A stretch of 32,000 bases of DNA. Origin: Geotalea daltonii FRC-32. Lineage in GTDB: Bacteria; Desulfobacterota; Desulfuromonadia; Geobacterales; Geobacteraceae. Of this stretch, positions 1 through 7,789 are shown one piece after another. Position 1 is the stretch's first letter; each line of letters starts with the position of its first letter. The position numbers were made by a program, and so were the translations under genes. Below the pieces are notes generated by a model. It was not told the DNA's origin, did no database searches, and saw only the letters and a program-made list of their open reading frames with translations. The DNA lies in contig NC_011979.1 in the NCBI RefSeq assembly GCF_000022265.1, positions 2,910,001 through 2,942,000 on the forward strand. The letters run 5' to 3'.

Positions 1-1
1 G

Positions 2-79
2 CGTGAGTCTGCCGTGGAAAAAGTACTTGCAGGTGATACCACATTACGGGAAATAAACCGCGTCACCTTTGTTGAATAA
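2..79 (+). CDS. 3' end of a GspE/PilB-family secretion/pilus assembly ATPase gene (partial, begins left of window)
   Basis: Frame 2 is open from the window edge to TAA at 77-79 and translates RESAVEKVLAGDTTLREINRVTFVE*. This resembles the conserved C-terminal tail (G-x-T-[ST]-x-x-E-[IV]-x-R-V-T) of GspE/PilB ATPases. It lies directly upstream of pilMNOPQ-like genes. Only 25 aa are visible. Confidence 0.45.
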   Translation, partial: RESAVEKVLAGDTTLREINRVTFVE

Positions 80-101
80 ATAGAACGTTCGGGTCCACAT
101 C

Positions 102-1028
102 ATGTTTTTTTCAAAAAAAGCCATAGGAGTTGAAGTGTCAGGGGAGGCCATCAAAATGGCCGTTGTAGACGGAAGTCGTAATTCCTTAAGCCTTGCAGCT
201 TACAATGCGACTCCTATTCCCCATGATCTTCTGAAGTTCGGCATGAAGGAGCAGAATGTTCTCAATCCTTCTGCTTTTGTTGGCATTATCCGAGATGCCT
301 ATCTCAGACTCCTGACAAAAGAAACAGTCATTTCCCTGTCTTTGCCAGAAACCACAGGACGAGTCATGCTTGTCGATATTGAGACCCGTTTTAAAAGCAA
401 GGAAGAAGGGAAAGAAATCATCCGCTGGAAGCTCAAAAAGAATTTCTCCTTCAATTTAAGCGAGACTCACCTGGATTATCAGTTGCTCGAAGAAAAAGAT
501 GACGGTGCAATGTCTCTTCTTGTGTCTATCATAGCCAAACCGGTGATTACACAATTTGAAGAACTCTTTCTTCAGGCCGGGCTTGAACCCAAATTTATAG
601 ATTTTACAGGCTTCAATGTTTACAGGCTATTTTCAAATCGTTTGTCGGTAACAGAAAATGTTACTTTCTTTACTTTCCATTGCGGCATTTTCACCATGAT
701 GGTTTTTTATGGCGAGGTACTTGTCTTTTATCGCTCCAAAGACCTCTCACCAGGTATTTTCGAGCCTAACCGACTATATCGGGAGATCAACAACTCACAG
801 CTGGTGTTCAAGGATAAATTCCCCGGTTTTTCTGCCAATGAGGTCTTTTGTTTTGCTGCCGGCGAAGACGCCGAATCTTTTAGTGGTGTAGTCAGTGATG
901 CAATAGGGGCGGAACCGATTTTGCTCGACGTGAGCCGCGTGATTTCCAGCCAAAGCGGAGTCGCCACAGATCGAAGATTGCTGCAATCTCTGGCTGGTGC
1001 TTTAGGTGCCGCAGTGAGGGATTTCTGA
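102..1028 (+). CDS. PilM-like (actin-fold) type IV pilus / T2SS inner-membrane platform protein
   Basis: 308-aa ORF with no TM segment. The N-terminal KKAIGVEVSGEAIKMAVVDG... and the later ...LLVSIIAKPVITQFEELFLQAGLEPKFIDF pattern are typical of PilM/GspL-cytoplasmic-domain proteins. Its stop overlaps the next start (TGATG, 1026-1030). It heads an N/O/P/secretin gene series. Confidence 0.7.
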   Translation: MFFSKKAIGVEVSGEAIKMAVVDGSRNSLSLAAYNATPIPHDLLKFGMKEQNVLNPSAFVGIIRDAYLRLLTKETVISLSLPETTGRVMLVDIETRFKSKEEGKEIIRWKLKKNFSFNLSETHLDYQLLEEKDDGAMSLLVSIIAKPVITQFEELFLQAGLEPKFIDFTGFNVYRLFSNRLSVTENVTFFTFHCGIFTMMVFYGEVLVFYRSKDLSPGIFEPNRLYREINNSQLVFKDKFPGFSANEVFCFAAGEDAESFSGVVSDAIGAEPILLDVSRVISSQSGVATDRRLLQSLAGALGAAVRDF

Positions 1029-1567
1029 TGCAGTTTACTACTAATCTTGCAACCAGAAGCTATATCAATCTTCGTCAGCTGCATCTGATTATTGCCATTA
1101 CGGCAATTCTTCTCATACTGTGGCTTGTTTTTAACATCAGGGAAATATTCTTCAATCTTGGTGAGACCAAACGCCTTGAGACGCAAATCATATCCCTGGA
1201 CAGGAAAATTAAGGGTGATTCAAAAGGTGTACCCGCAAAAGAATATGAAACGGTGCTGGCTGAAATCCGCTTTGCCAATTCGATTATTGAAAAGAAAAGC
1301 TTGAACTGGCTTAATTTTCTGGAACAGCTCGAATCGGTAGTCCCGGAAGGGGTTACTCTTAGTACTGTAGAACCTGATGTGGAGAAACGCACCCTTAAAC
1401 TGACCGGCTACGGTAAAACCTTTACCGATTTGCGGCGCTTTTTTGAAGTTCTTTCCTCTTCAGCATATTTCAAGAACGTTTTCCTGGAAAATCAATCGGC
1501 AATCAAGGTAGGACAGAATCAGAAAGGGGTAAGTTTCACCATTACCTGCACGGTAATATACAAATGA
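1028..1567 (+). CDS. PilN-like bitopic pilus/secretion alignment protein
   Basis: 179 aa. Short cytoplasmic N-terminus (TTNLATRSYINLRQ, compare the PilN INLLP region), one TM helix (LIIAITAILLILWLVF), a coiled coil, then a periplasmic domain. ATGA start/stop overlap with the next gene at 1564-1567. Confidence 0.65.
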   Translation: MQFTTNLATRSYINLRQLHLIIAITAILLILWLVFNIREIFFNLGETKRLETQIISLDRKIKGDSKGVPAKEYETVLAEIRFANSIIEKKSLNWLNFLEQLESVVPEGVTLSTVEPDVEKRTLKLTGYGKTFTDLRRFFEVLSSSAYFKNVFLENQSAIKVGQNQKGVSFTITCTVIYK

Positions 1568-2115
1568 ATCTCAAACTTTTAAAAGAGACGCTAATAGCCA
1601 AGAAGCGCTTGGTTTTACCGATAATTTTTTTATTGTTCATCAACATTGTTTCCTTCGTTTATCTTACTTTCTATCAGGAACCACGGGTTGCATCACTGCA
1701 AAGCAGTTGGTTTGAAAAACGGCAGAAGAGCAGCCAGATGAGTGTGCTTGACGCTGCCACCATCTATGCCCAAGGGAAGAGAGACCTGCAGACGTGGCAC
1801 TCAAGAATCCTTTCCAAGAATGATTTTGCACGCATGCTGGGCGAGCTTTTTGAAACTGCGAGCAACAATAGTCTGGTCGTAAACAATGTTACGTACAAAC
1901 CGACCAGCATGAAAGAGCAAGGACTTCTTGCCTATACCATCGATTTTTCCGTTTCCGGTAATTATGCCGGGATGAAAAGCTTCATTTCCGACTTGATGCG
2001 CTCCCGGCAGATAATTTTATTGGACAATCTGTCCCTTGCCAATGCCAGCCAGACAAAAGAGGACGTGCAACTCAAATTGAAACTGATCACCTATTTCCGG
2101 ATGGAGGGGCCATGA
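1564..2115 (+). CDS. PilO-like bitopic pilus/secretion alignment protein
   Basis: 183 aa with a single N-terminal TM (LVLPIIFLLFINIVSFVYLTF), followed by a coiled-coil and a periplasmic domain. Translationally coupled to both neighbours (ATGA overlaps at 1564 and 2112). The call rests on position and topology. Confidence 0.55.
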   Translation: MNLKLLKETLIAKKRLVLPIIFLLFINIVSFVYLTFYQEPRVASLQSSWFEKRQKSSQMSVLDAATIYAQGKRDLQTWHSRILSKNDFARMLGELFETASNNSLVVNNVTYKPTSMKEQGLLAYTIDFSVSGNYAGMKSFISDLMRSRQIILLDNLSLANASQTKEDVQLKLKLITYFRMEGP

Positions 2116-2744
2116 ACAGGAAAAAACTGACCCTCGCCATTCTGGTGCTTTTGCTCATCCTGTCCATAATTTACAGTGTTTTCAGCCAACCCAGACAAAA
2201 AAAGGCCGGGACGCTCAAATATCCAGGCAAAGGTGCCACCGTCAGCCAAACTGGCTCCAAAGCATTCTCCAGCTCCACTTCCGCCAGGATAGATGACAAA
2301 AAGCTTCAGCTGCAATTACTGGACAAAGAGTATCCAAAGTTTGCCGGTTTTAGACGTAATATTTTTGCTCCCATTTTTCACGAGGATGTTAAACCGGAAA
2401 GCAGGCCCACCGGCAGAATCAATTTGCCGATACCGCCGCCTCCACCTGTAAGGCCTGCCCCACCTGTGGCGCCTCCTGCCATGCAGATGCCCGAGCAGAC
2501 TCCGGTGCAGCGAGACATGGCCAGGTTTACCTTTCTTGGTTTTTTGAAAAAGGACAACAGTAAGACGATCTTTCTCTCCAGCGACAAGGAGATTTTTCTC
2601 GTGAAAAAAGGGGACACCATTGCCGGTAAATATGAGGTTGCCAATCTTACCGAAGATGCGCTGACCATTCACCCGCTGTCAGGTGGTGGGGAGATAGTTA
2701 TCCCTCTGATCGAGAACAAATCTCTGGCTGCACCGAAACGCTGA
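2112..2744 (+). CDS. PilP/GspC-like secretin-interacting protein with proline-rich linker
   Basis: 210 aa. N-terminal signal anchor (LTLAILVLLLILSIIYSVF), Pro-rich linker (PIPPPPPVRPAPPVAPP), and a C-terminal beta-rich module (FTFLGFLKKDNSKTIFLSSDKEIFLVKKGDTIAGKYEVANLTEDALTI) resembling the PilP/GspC HR domain. Lies immediately upstream of the secretin gene. Confidence 0.45.
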   Translation: MNRKKLTLAILVLLLILSIIYSVFSQPRQKKAGTLKYPGKGATVSQTGSKAFSSSTSARIDDKKLQLQLLDKEYPKFAGFRRNIFAPIFHEDVKPESRPTGRINLPIPPPPPVRPAPPVAPPAMQMPEQTPVQRDMARFTFLGFLKKDNSKTIFLSSDKEIFLVKKGDTIAGKYEVANLTEDALTIHPLSGGGEIVIPLIENKSLAAPKR

Positions 2745-2771
2745 AAAGACTGCCCATAAGGAGTTTCAATA

Positions 2772-5189
2772 ATGCATCCCTTAAAACACCTGCTTGTCTT
2801 GATATTTGGTCTGGCTATTCTTTCCGGCTGTGCCGGCGGTCGCTCCGCGTTCAGCAATGCTGAAAAGCTGGAGCGGGAAGGGCGTCTTGACGAAGCCGTC
2901 CTCAAATATGGAGAAGTCGCAGGCGCCAACCCGGATGTGGTGGAATATCGGTCCAGGTTTCTTTCGGTAAGTGCAGCAGCCGCCCAAAAGCATCTGAAGA
3001 AGGGGGAGGAGTTCCTGGCGGCCCAAAATTATGACGATGCCCTGCGCGAATTCCAAACCGCCTATGCCCTGGACCCTTCCCTTCAGCAGGCCCAGCAGCA
3101 GAGCGAGCTGGTGATCCGCTTGAGGAATTCCCACGTTTATCAGAAAGAAGGGTCGGAGTTCGAGAAAAACCGGAAGCCCAAAGAGGCGATTCGCTCGTAT
3201 CAGAAAGCATTGGAGTTCAACAGTAACAACACCGAGGCCAGGAACGCGGTTGATCGCCTGGTAAAAAGTAAAAAGCCGAAGATGGACGGGTACGAACTGA
3301 ATCTCAAATCTAACAAGCCCCTTACCCTCAAATTCAAGGATGCCAAGATCAAAGAGGTTTTCAACATTATCTCGCAACTTTCCGGTATCAATTTCGTCTT
3401 TGACGAAGGGGTGAAAGACCAGAATTTTTCCATCTATCTGGAAAACGCAACCTTTCAGCAGGCTCTCGACATTATCTGTGGCGTGAACAAGCTGGGTAAG
3501 AAAGTCCTCAATGAAAACACCATCATCGTTTATACCAAAAGCCCGGAAAAAACGAAGCAGTATGAAGAGTTGATCGTCCAGACCTTTTACCTCAACAAGC
3601 TTGACGCCAAAAAAGCGGTAAACCTGATCCGCACCATGCTGCAGGTGAAGAAAATTTACGTCAACGAAGAGATGAACGCCCTGGTCATCCGGGATACCCC
3701 TGAAGTCATCGAAGTGGCGCAGAAAATTCTCGATGCCAATGACGTGCCCGATGCGGAAGTAGTGCTTGAAGTTGAGGTGCTCGAATTCACCAAGAGCAAC
3801 GCTGAGAGCTTCGGTCTGGCTCTGAGCAGGTACGCGGTTTCCACTGCCGCTGCCAAGGTGGGCGCTTCCACATTTTTGTCCGATGTGCTGGTACAGCCCA
3901 CATCCACATCATCTACGACCACCTCGACTACCACCAGCAGCGACAATCTGCTCAGCCTTTTTCGCTGGCGCGGGTTTAATGGCTTTCTGACGGTGCCCAA
4001 TGCCACCTTCAATTTCGGCAAGACCCTGTCCAACAGCGAAACCTTGGCCAATCCCAAGATACGGGTAAAGAACCGGGAGAAGGCCAAGTTCAACGTGGGC
4101 ACCCGTGTGCCGATTACCACCACATCCACCAATGGCACGAGCATCGGTGTCAACGTCAACGTTCAGTACGTGGATGTGGGGGTCAAGGTGAACGCCGAAC
4201 CGACCATCCAGCTGAATAACGAGGTTTCCATCAAACTGAGCCTGGAGGTCAGCACCATCCTCAGCAAGGATAAGATCGGCGATGCCAGTTCGCTTACCAC
4301 CGTCGTCACCATCGGTACCCGCAACCTGGATACCGTCTTGAGCTTGAAGGATGGAGAAACCAGCATTATTGGTGGACTGATCCAGGATGATAAAAGCAAG
4401 AGCAAACAGAAAGTCATGGTTCTGGGCGACATCCCTATCATAGGACCTTTGCTTTCAAATAACGACAATACTAACAGGAAATCAGAGCTGGTGCTGGCAA
4501 TCACCCCCCGGGTGGTTCGGTCTGTTACCGTGCCGGAAGGGGATGCTGCCGGATTCTGGTCGGGCAGGGAAGATGAACCATCCCTGTCCAAGCCCTATTC
4601 ATCCTTTGTTCAGGAGCAGGAACTTGTTCCTGCCGTGCAAACCACGCCGCTTCCACCGGCCGAAGCACCGATAAAACCCGAAACCGAGCCGAAGGCTGCC
4701 CCTTCTGTCCAGCCTCCACCACCAGTTCCCGCACAACCAGAGCCCCCCGCTGCTGCCGAACCGCAATCGCCGGCTCCCAAGGTTACTGTCAATCTGGCTG
4801 CCCCTGCTTCGGTAGAGCTTAATAGTCAGTTCAGCGTCGAGATCAAGGTTGCCAATGCGACCAATCTTATCAACGCGCCCTTCACCTTTGCCTATGATCC
4901 GATCTTTCTTGAACTGATCAGGCTAACAGAGGGCCCCTTCATGAAGAAAGACGGTAAGCCTACCACATTCCGCCCAACCATAGACAAAGTAACCGGGCAG
5001 GTGGCAATCAGCCTTTCCCGACCGGTGGAGGTAGGGGGGGTAACCGGCAGCGGGACACTGGCAATCGCCACCTTCAGGGCAAAAAATCAGGGGCCGGCAA
5101 GTATGGGATTTCTTGATACCAATCTGACTGCCGTCGGCGGGAAGCCTGTAGATGCCCTCTCTTATAGTGCCGTCGTTGAAGTGAAATAG
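2772..5189 (+). CDS. Secretin (PilQ/GspD family) lipoprotein with N-terminal TPR repeats and a C-terminal cohesin-like module
   Basis: 805 aa. Signal peptide with lipobox LSGC. TPR-like repeats (aa ~30-170). N0/secretin_N-type domains (LTLKFKDAKIKEVFNIISQLSGINFVFDEG..., FYLNKLDAKKAVNLIRTML...NALVIRDTPEVIEVAQKIL). Canonical secretin C-domain (GETSIIGGLIQD..VLGDIPIIGPLL..SELVLAITPRVV). A Pro-rich linker and a ~135-aa cohesin-like beta module follow. Confidence 0.9.
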   Translation: MHPLKHLLVLIFGLAILSGCAGGRSAFSNAEKLEREGRLDEAVLKYGEVAGANPDVVEYRSRFLSVSAAAAQKHLKKGEEFLAAQNYDDALREFQTAYALDPSLQQAQQQSELVIRLRNSHVYQKEGSEFEKNRKPKEAIRSYQKALEFNSNNTEARNAVDRLVKSKKPKMDGYELNLKSNKPLTLKFKDAKIKEVFNIISQLSGINFVFDEGVKDQNFSIYLENATFQQALDIICGVNKLGKKVLNENTIIVYTKSPEKTKQYEELIVQTFYLNKLDAKKAVNLIRTMLQVKKIYVNEEMNALVIRDTPEVIEVAQKILDANDVPDAEVVLEVEVLEFTKSNAESFGLALSRYAVSTAAAKVGASTFLSDVLVQPTSTSSTTTSTTTSSDNLLSLFRWRGFNGFLTVPNATFNFGKTLSNSETLANPKIRVKNREKAKFNVGTRVPITTTSTNGTSIGVNVNVQYVDVGVKVNAEPTIQLNNEVSIKLSLEVSTILSKDKIGDASSLTTVVTIGTRNLDTVLSLKDGETSIIGGLIQDDKSKSKQKVMVLGDIPIIGPLLSNNDNTNRKSELVLAITPRVVRSVTVPEGDAAGFWSGREDEPSLSKPYSSFVQEQELVPAVQTTPLPPAEAPIKPETEPKAAPSVQPPPPVPAQPEPPAAAEPQSPAPKVTVNLAAPASVELNSQFSVEIKVANATNLINAPFTFAYDPIFLELIRLTEGPFMKKDGKPTTFRPTIDKVTGQVAISLSRPVEVGGVTGSGTLAIATFRAKNQGPASMGFLDTNLTAVGGKPVDALSYSAVVEVK
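4626..4778 (+). other. Proline-rich linker inside the secretin gene
   Basis: Translates VPAVQTTPLPPAEAPIKPETEPKAAPSVQPPPPVPAQPEPPAAAEPQSPAP. This low-complexity P/A/E tract separates the secretin core from the terminal module. Confidence 0.8.
4779..5186 (+). other. Cohesin-like domain at the secretin C-terminus
   Basis: KVTVNLAAPASVELNSQFSVEIKVANATNLINAPFTFAYDPIFLELIRLTEGPF...GSGTLAIATFRAKNQGPASMGF... matches the cohesin pattern (beta strand, N-[AV]-x-x-[LI]-x-[GA]-x-x-F-x-[LIF]-x-YDP-x-x-L, later G-[ST]-G-x-[LI]-A-x-[IV]-x-F). The same pattern occurs in ORF 11355-12674. Called by eye, not by HMM. Confidence 0.6.
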
Positions 5190-5198
5190 AATTTAAAC

Positions 5199-5702
5199 GT
5201 GAAAACGATCAGAAATAACAGCGGCGTAAGCCTGGTTGAGCTTGTTGTGACCTTGGTCATTCTTTCCATTCTGGCCGCAATAATTCTGCCGTCGGCGCAG
5301 ATGACGGCACGACGTACCAAGGAACTGGAGCTGAAGAGAAACCTGAGGGTGATCCGCACGGCCATAGATGATTTCAGGAAGAAATACGATGATGCTGTTA
5401 AGGAAAACAAGATCCCTTCGGTCCAGAACAAGTCCGGTTACCCTGAGACCCTGCAACAGCTGGTGGAGGGCTATGATTTCGGTGGGTTGGTTAACTACAA
5501 GATGAAGTTTCTACGCAGGATTCCCCGAGACCCTTTCAATCCGACCAAACCGGGTGAGGACGTCAAGGAAGAGGACCTCTGGGGACTTCGCTCCTACGCG
5601 GACAAGCCTGACAGCACAAGCTGGGGAGGGGAAGACGTTTATGATGTCTATTCTCTTAGTGAAGAGACTGCCATCGATGGTACCAAATACAAGGATTGGT
5701 GA
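5199..5702 (+). CDS. GspG-like pseudopilin (class III signal peptide), paralog 1
   Basis: 167 aa with a GTG start. Prepilin-type N-terminus MKTIRNNSG|VSLVELVVTLVILSILAAIILP with Glu at +5. GspG-like body (..RTAIDDFRKKYDD.., ..YPETLQQLVEGY.., ..IPRDPFNP..). C-terminal Y-K-D-W. Confidence 0.8.
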   Translation: MKTIRNNSGVSLVELVVTLVILSILAAIILPSAQMTARRTKELELKRNLRVIRTAIDDFRKKYDDAVKENKIPSVQNKSGYPETLQQLVEGYDFGGLVNYKMKFLRRIPRDPFNPTKPGEDVKEEDLWGLRSYADKPDSTSWGGEDVYDVYSLSEETAIDGTKYKDW

Positions 5703-6136
5703 TGAAAATATCCGTATCTGACAAGTCGCCGCAGATGATCAGGCCATGGGCCAACAAAAAAGCATTCACCCTCATAGAGTTGTTGATAGTCATGACCATT
5801 GTTGGTATCCTTGCCTCCATAGCCGTTCCCAACTACAGATGGGGAATAATCAAGGCAAAGGAAGCGGTGTTGCGGGAGGACCTCTACAACCTGCGCACCA
5901 CCATTGACAATTTCTATGCAGATCAAGGAAAATACCCTGACACCCTCCAGGAGCTGGTGGATAAAAAATACCTGCGTGATTTGCCGAAAGACCCTTTTAC
6001 CAACGATAAAGAAACCTGGAAAGTTGTGCCTCCACCTGCCGGAGGTGAGGGAGAAGAAATCAAAGGCTCCGTGTACGATGTCCATAGCGGCTCCGATCTC
6101 ATCGGTACCAATGGCATATCCTACAACGAGTGGTGA
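5702..6136 (+). CDS. GspG-like pseudopilin, paralog 2
   Basis: The ORF track opens at TTG 5696. ATG 5702 overlaps the upstream stop (TGATG) and has AAGGA 5-6 nt upstream. An alternative ATG near 5735 would give leader MIRPWANKKA. Prepilin motif KKA|FTLIELLIVMTIVGILASIAVP with Glu +5. GspG-like core (AKEAVLREDLYNLRTTIDNFYADQGKYPDTLQELVDKKYLRDLPKDPF). C-terminal Y-N-E-W. Confidence 0.8.
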   Translation: MKISVSDKSPQMIRPWANKKAFTLIELLIVMTIVGILASIAVPNYRWGIIKAKEAVLREDLYNLRTTIDNFYADQGKYPDTLQELVDKKYLRDLPKDPFTNDKETWKVVPPPAGGEGEEIKGSVYDVHSGSDLIGTNGISYNEW

Positions 6137-6180
6137 GGTTCTTGCCGGTAGTTGCTTATGATAACAATGAGGCGTGATAA

Positions 6181-6855
6181 ATGATCCAGTTGCATAACGT
6201 ATCCCTTGCCTATCAAAACGATATGGCTGCTCTCAACAATGTCAGTCTAAAGGTCCCCAAAGGGGATTTTATTTTTTTAACCGGCCAATCAGGAGCTGGT
6301 AAATCGACCCTCTTGAAACTGCTCTATGGGGCGCTGGATCCTACTCAAGGGCAGGTTGTCATTGACGGGCAGAATATCTCTCGACTCTCCCGCTCCCAGA
6401 TTCCCCACCTGAGAAGAAAAATTGGCGTCGTTTTCCAGGATTTCAAGCTGCTGCCTCAAAGAACGGTTCTTGAGAATGTGGCCGTCACCCTGGAAGTCTT
6501 GGGTTGGGGGAAAAAAGACATCGGCAAGAAGGTCTACCACATTCTGAAACAGATGGGGTTGGAGCATAAAATCAACAGCAATCCATTGAGGCTTTCAGGT
6601 GGGGAGCAGCAAAGGGTTGCCCTGGCCCGTGCACTGGTAAACGACCCTAAAATTCTCTTGGCCGATGAACCTACGGGAAATTTGGACGAAGAAAACAAGG
6701 AACAGATTCTTTCCATTTTCAAGGAAGCAAACATCAGGGGAACAACAGTTGTTGTCGCAACCCATGATCGGCGTGCCATTGAAAACTCCCATCGAAGATT
6801 GGTGGTTCTGGAAAAAGGGCGCATCGTGGAGGACTCAAATGTCATCGCGGAATAG
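6181..6855 (+). CDS. ftsE: Cell-division ABC transporter ATP-binding protein FtsE
   Basis: 224 aa. Walker A GQSGAGKST, ABC signature LSGGEQQRVALARAL, Walker B ILLADEPTGNLD. Length and N-terminus are typical of FtsE. Followed by an overlapping ftsX. Confidence 0.9.
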   Translation: MIQLHNVSLAYQNDMAALNNVSLKVPKGDFIFLTGQSGAGKSTLLKLLYGALDPTQGQVVIDGQNISRLSRSQIPHLRRKIGVVFQDFKLLPQRTVLENVAVTLEVLGWGKKDIGKKVYHILKQMGLEHKINSNPLRLSGGEQQRVALARALVNDPKILLADEPTGNLDEENKEQILSIFKEANIRGTTVVVATHDRRAIENSHRRLVVLEKGRIVEDSNVIAE

Positions 6856-7786
6856 ACCGACAAAAAGGCCGAAGCTGGATGGGGATGGCTCTTTTGGCAG
6901 GCTTGGCTACTTCTTTTCCAGGGCTGTTGCCAATTTAAGGCAGAATATTCTTGTCAGTGCTCTCACTGTCGGTACGATCTCACTCTCACTGTTGATTATT
7001 GCCCTTTTTTTGCTCGTATATGTGAATCTTGAGAAAGTGGCGGAAACCTGGAGCGAAAAGGTTCAGTTGACTGCCTTCTTTGAGAAAGAGCTTACCGCTG
7101 AGGAGCTCTCTGCCTTCAAAGATCGAATTGCCTCCCTTGGCGGCACTGAAAAAATTGTTTATGTCTCAAAAAACGAAGCGATGAAAAGGTTCCGCGACAG
7201 GCTCAAAGGACAGGAAACGTTTCTGGAAGGGGTTGTCCCGGATGTCTTGCCTGCAGCCATTGAAATAAGTCTCAACAAGGCCAGCAGAAACAGCGAAGCT
7301 GTCGATTCCTATGCTTCCCGCCTGAAAAACATCCCCGGTATCACTGAGGTCCAGTACGGCGAGGAATGGGTAAGGCGGTTCAACACCTTTCTCAACTTCA
7401 TGCGCCTGATCGGCGCTTTGGTGGGGGGATTTCTCGTTCTTGCCGGGCTCTTCATAGTTTCAAATACCATTAAACTGACTATTTATGCACGAAAAGACGA
7501 GCTCGAGGTGCTGGGGCTGGTTGGAGCAACACGGTTTTTCATAAAAGCTCCTTTTCTAATAGAAGGGATAATCCAGGGCGCAGCAGGAGGACTTGTTGCA
7601 CTTGTGACGCTTGCCGCCTGTTATTTCGGGTTTCTGCATAATGCTGGAAACTTCCTGTCATTTAATGTAACCACAGCAGGTCTATCATTTTTGCCCTTAT
7701 CCCATCTGATTGCCATCTTTGCAGGGGGAGTCTTTGTAGGGTTTATCGGGAGTCTCACTTCCCTTAAGCGTTTCATCGCCATTTAA
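6839..7786 (+). CDS. ftsX: Cell-division permease-like protein FtsX
   Basis: The ORF track opens at 6665 inside ftsE. The first sensible start is ATG 6839 (MSSRNRPTKRP...), a 17-nt overlap with ftsE. It has the FtsX topology: TM1, a large periplasmic loop (..KVQLTAFFEKELTAEE..IVYVSKNEAMKRF..), then three C-terminal TMs. Confidence 0.85.
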   Translation: MSSRNRPTKRPKLDGDGSFGRLGYFFSRAVANLRQNILVSALTVGTISLSLLIIALFLLVYVNLEKVAETWSEKVQLTAFFEKELTAEELSAFKDRIASLGGTEKIVYVSKNEAMKRFRDRLKGQETFLEGVVPDVLPAAIEISLNKASRNSEAVDSYASRLKNIPGITEVQYGEEWVRRFNTFLNFMRLIGALVGGFLVLAGLFIVSNTIKLTIYARKDELEVLGLVGATRFFIKAPFLIEGIIQGAAGGLVALVTLAACYFGFLHNAGNFLSFNVTTAGLSFLPLSHLIAIFAGGVFVGFIGSLTSLKRFIAI

Positions 7787-7789
7787 AAA

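Noticed and set aside
6665-6838. N-terminal 58-codon extension of the ftsX ORF given in the ORF track.
   Set aside because: It lies entirely inside ftsE in another frame. ATG 6839 gives a typical FtsX N-terminus and the usual short ftsE/ftsX overlap.
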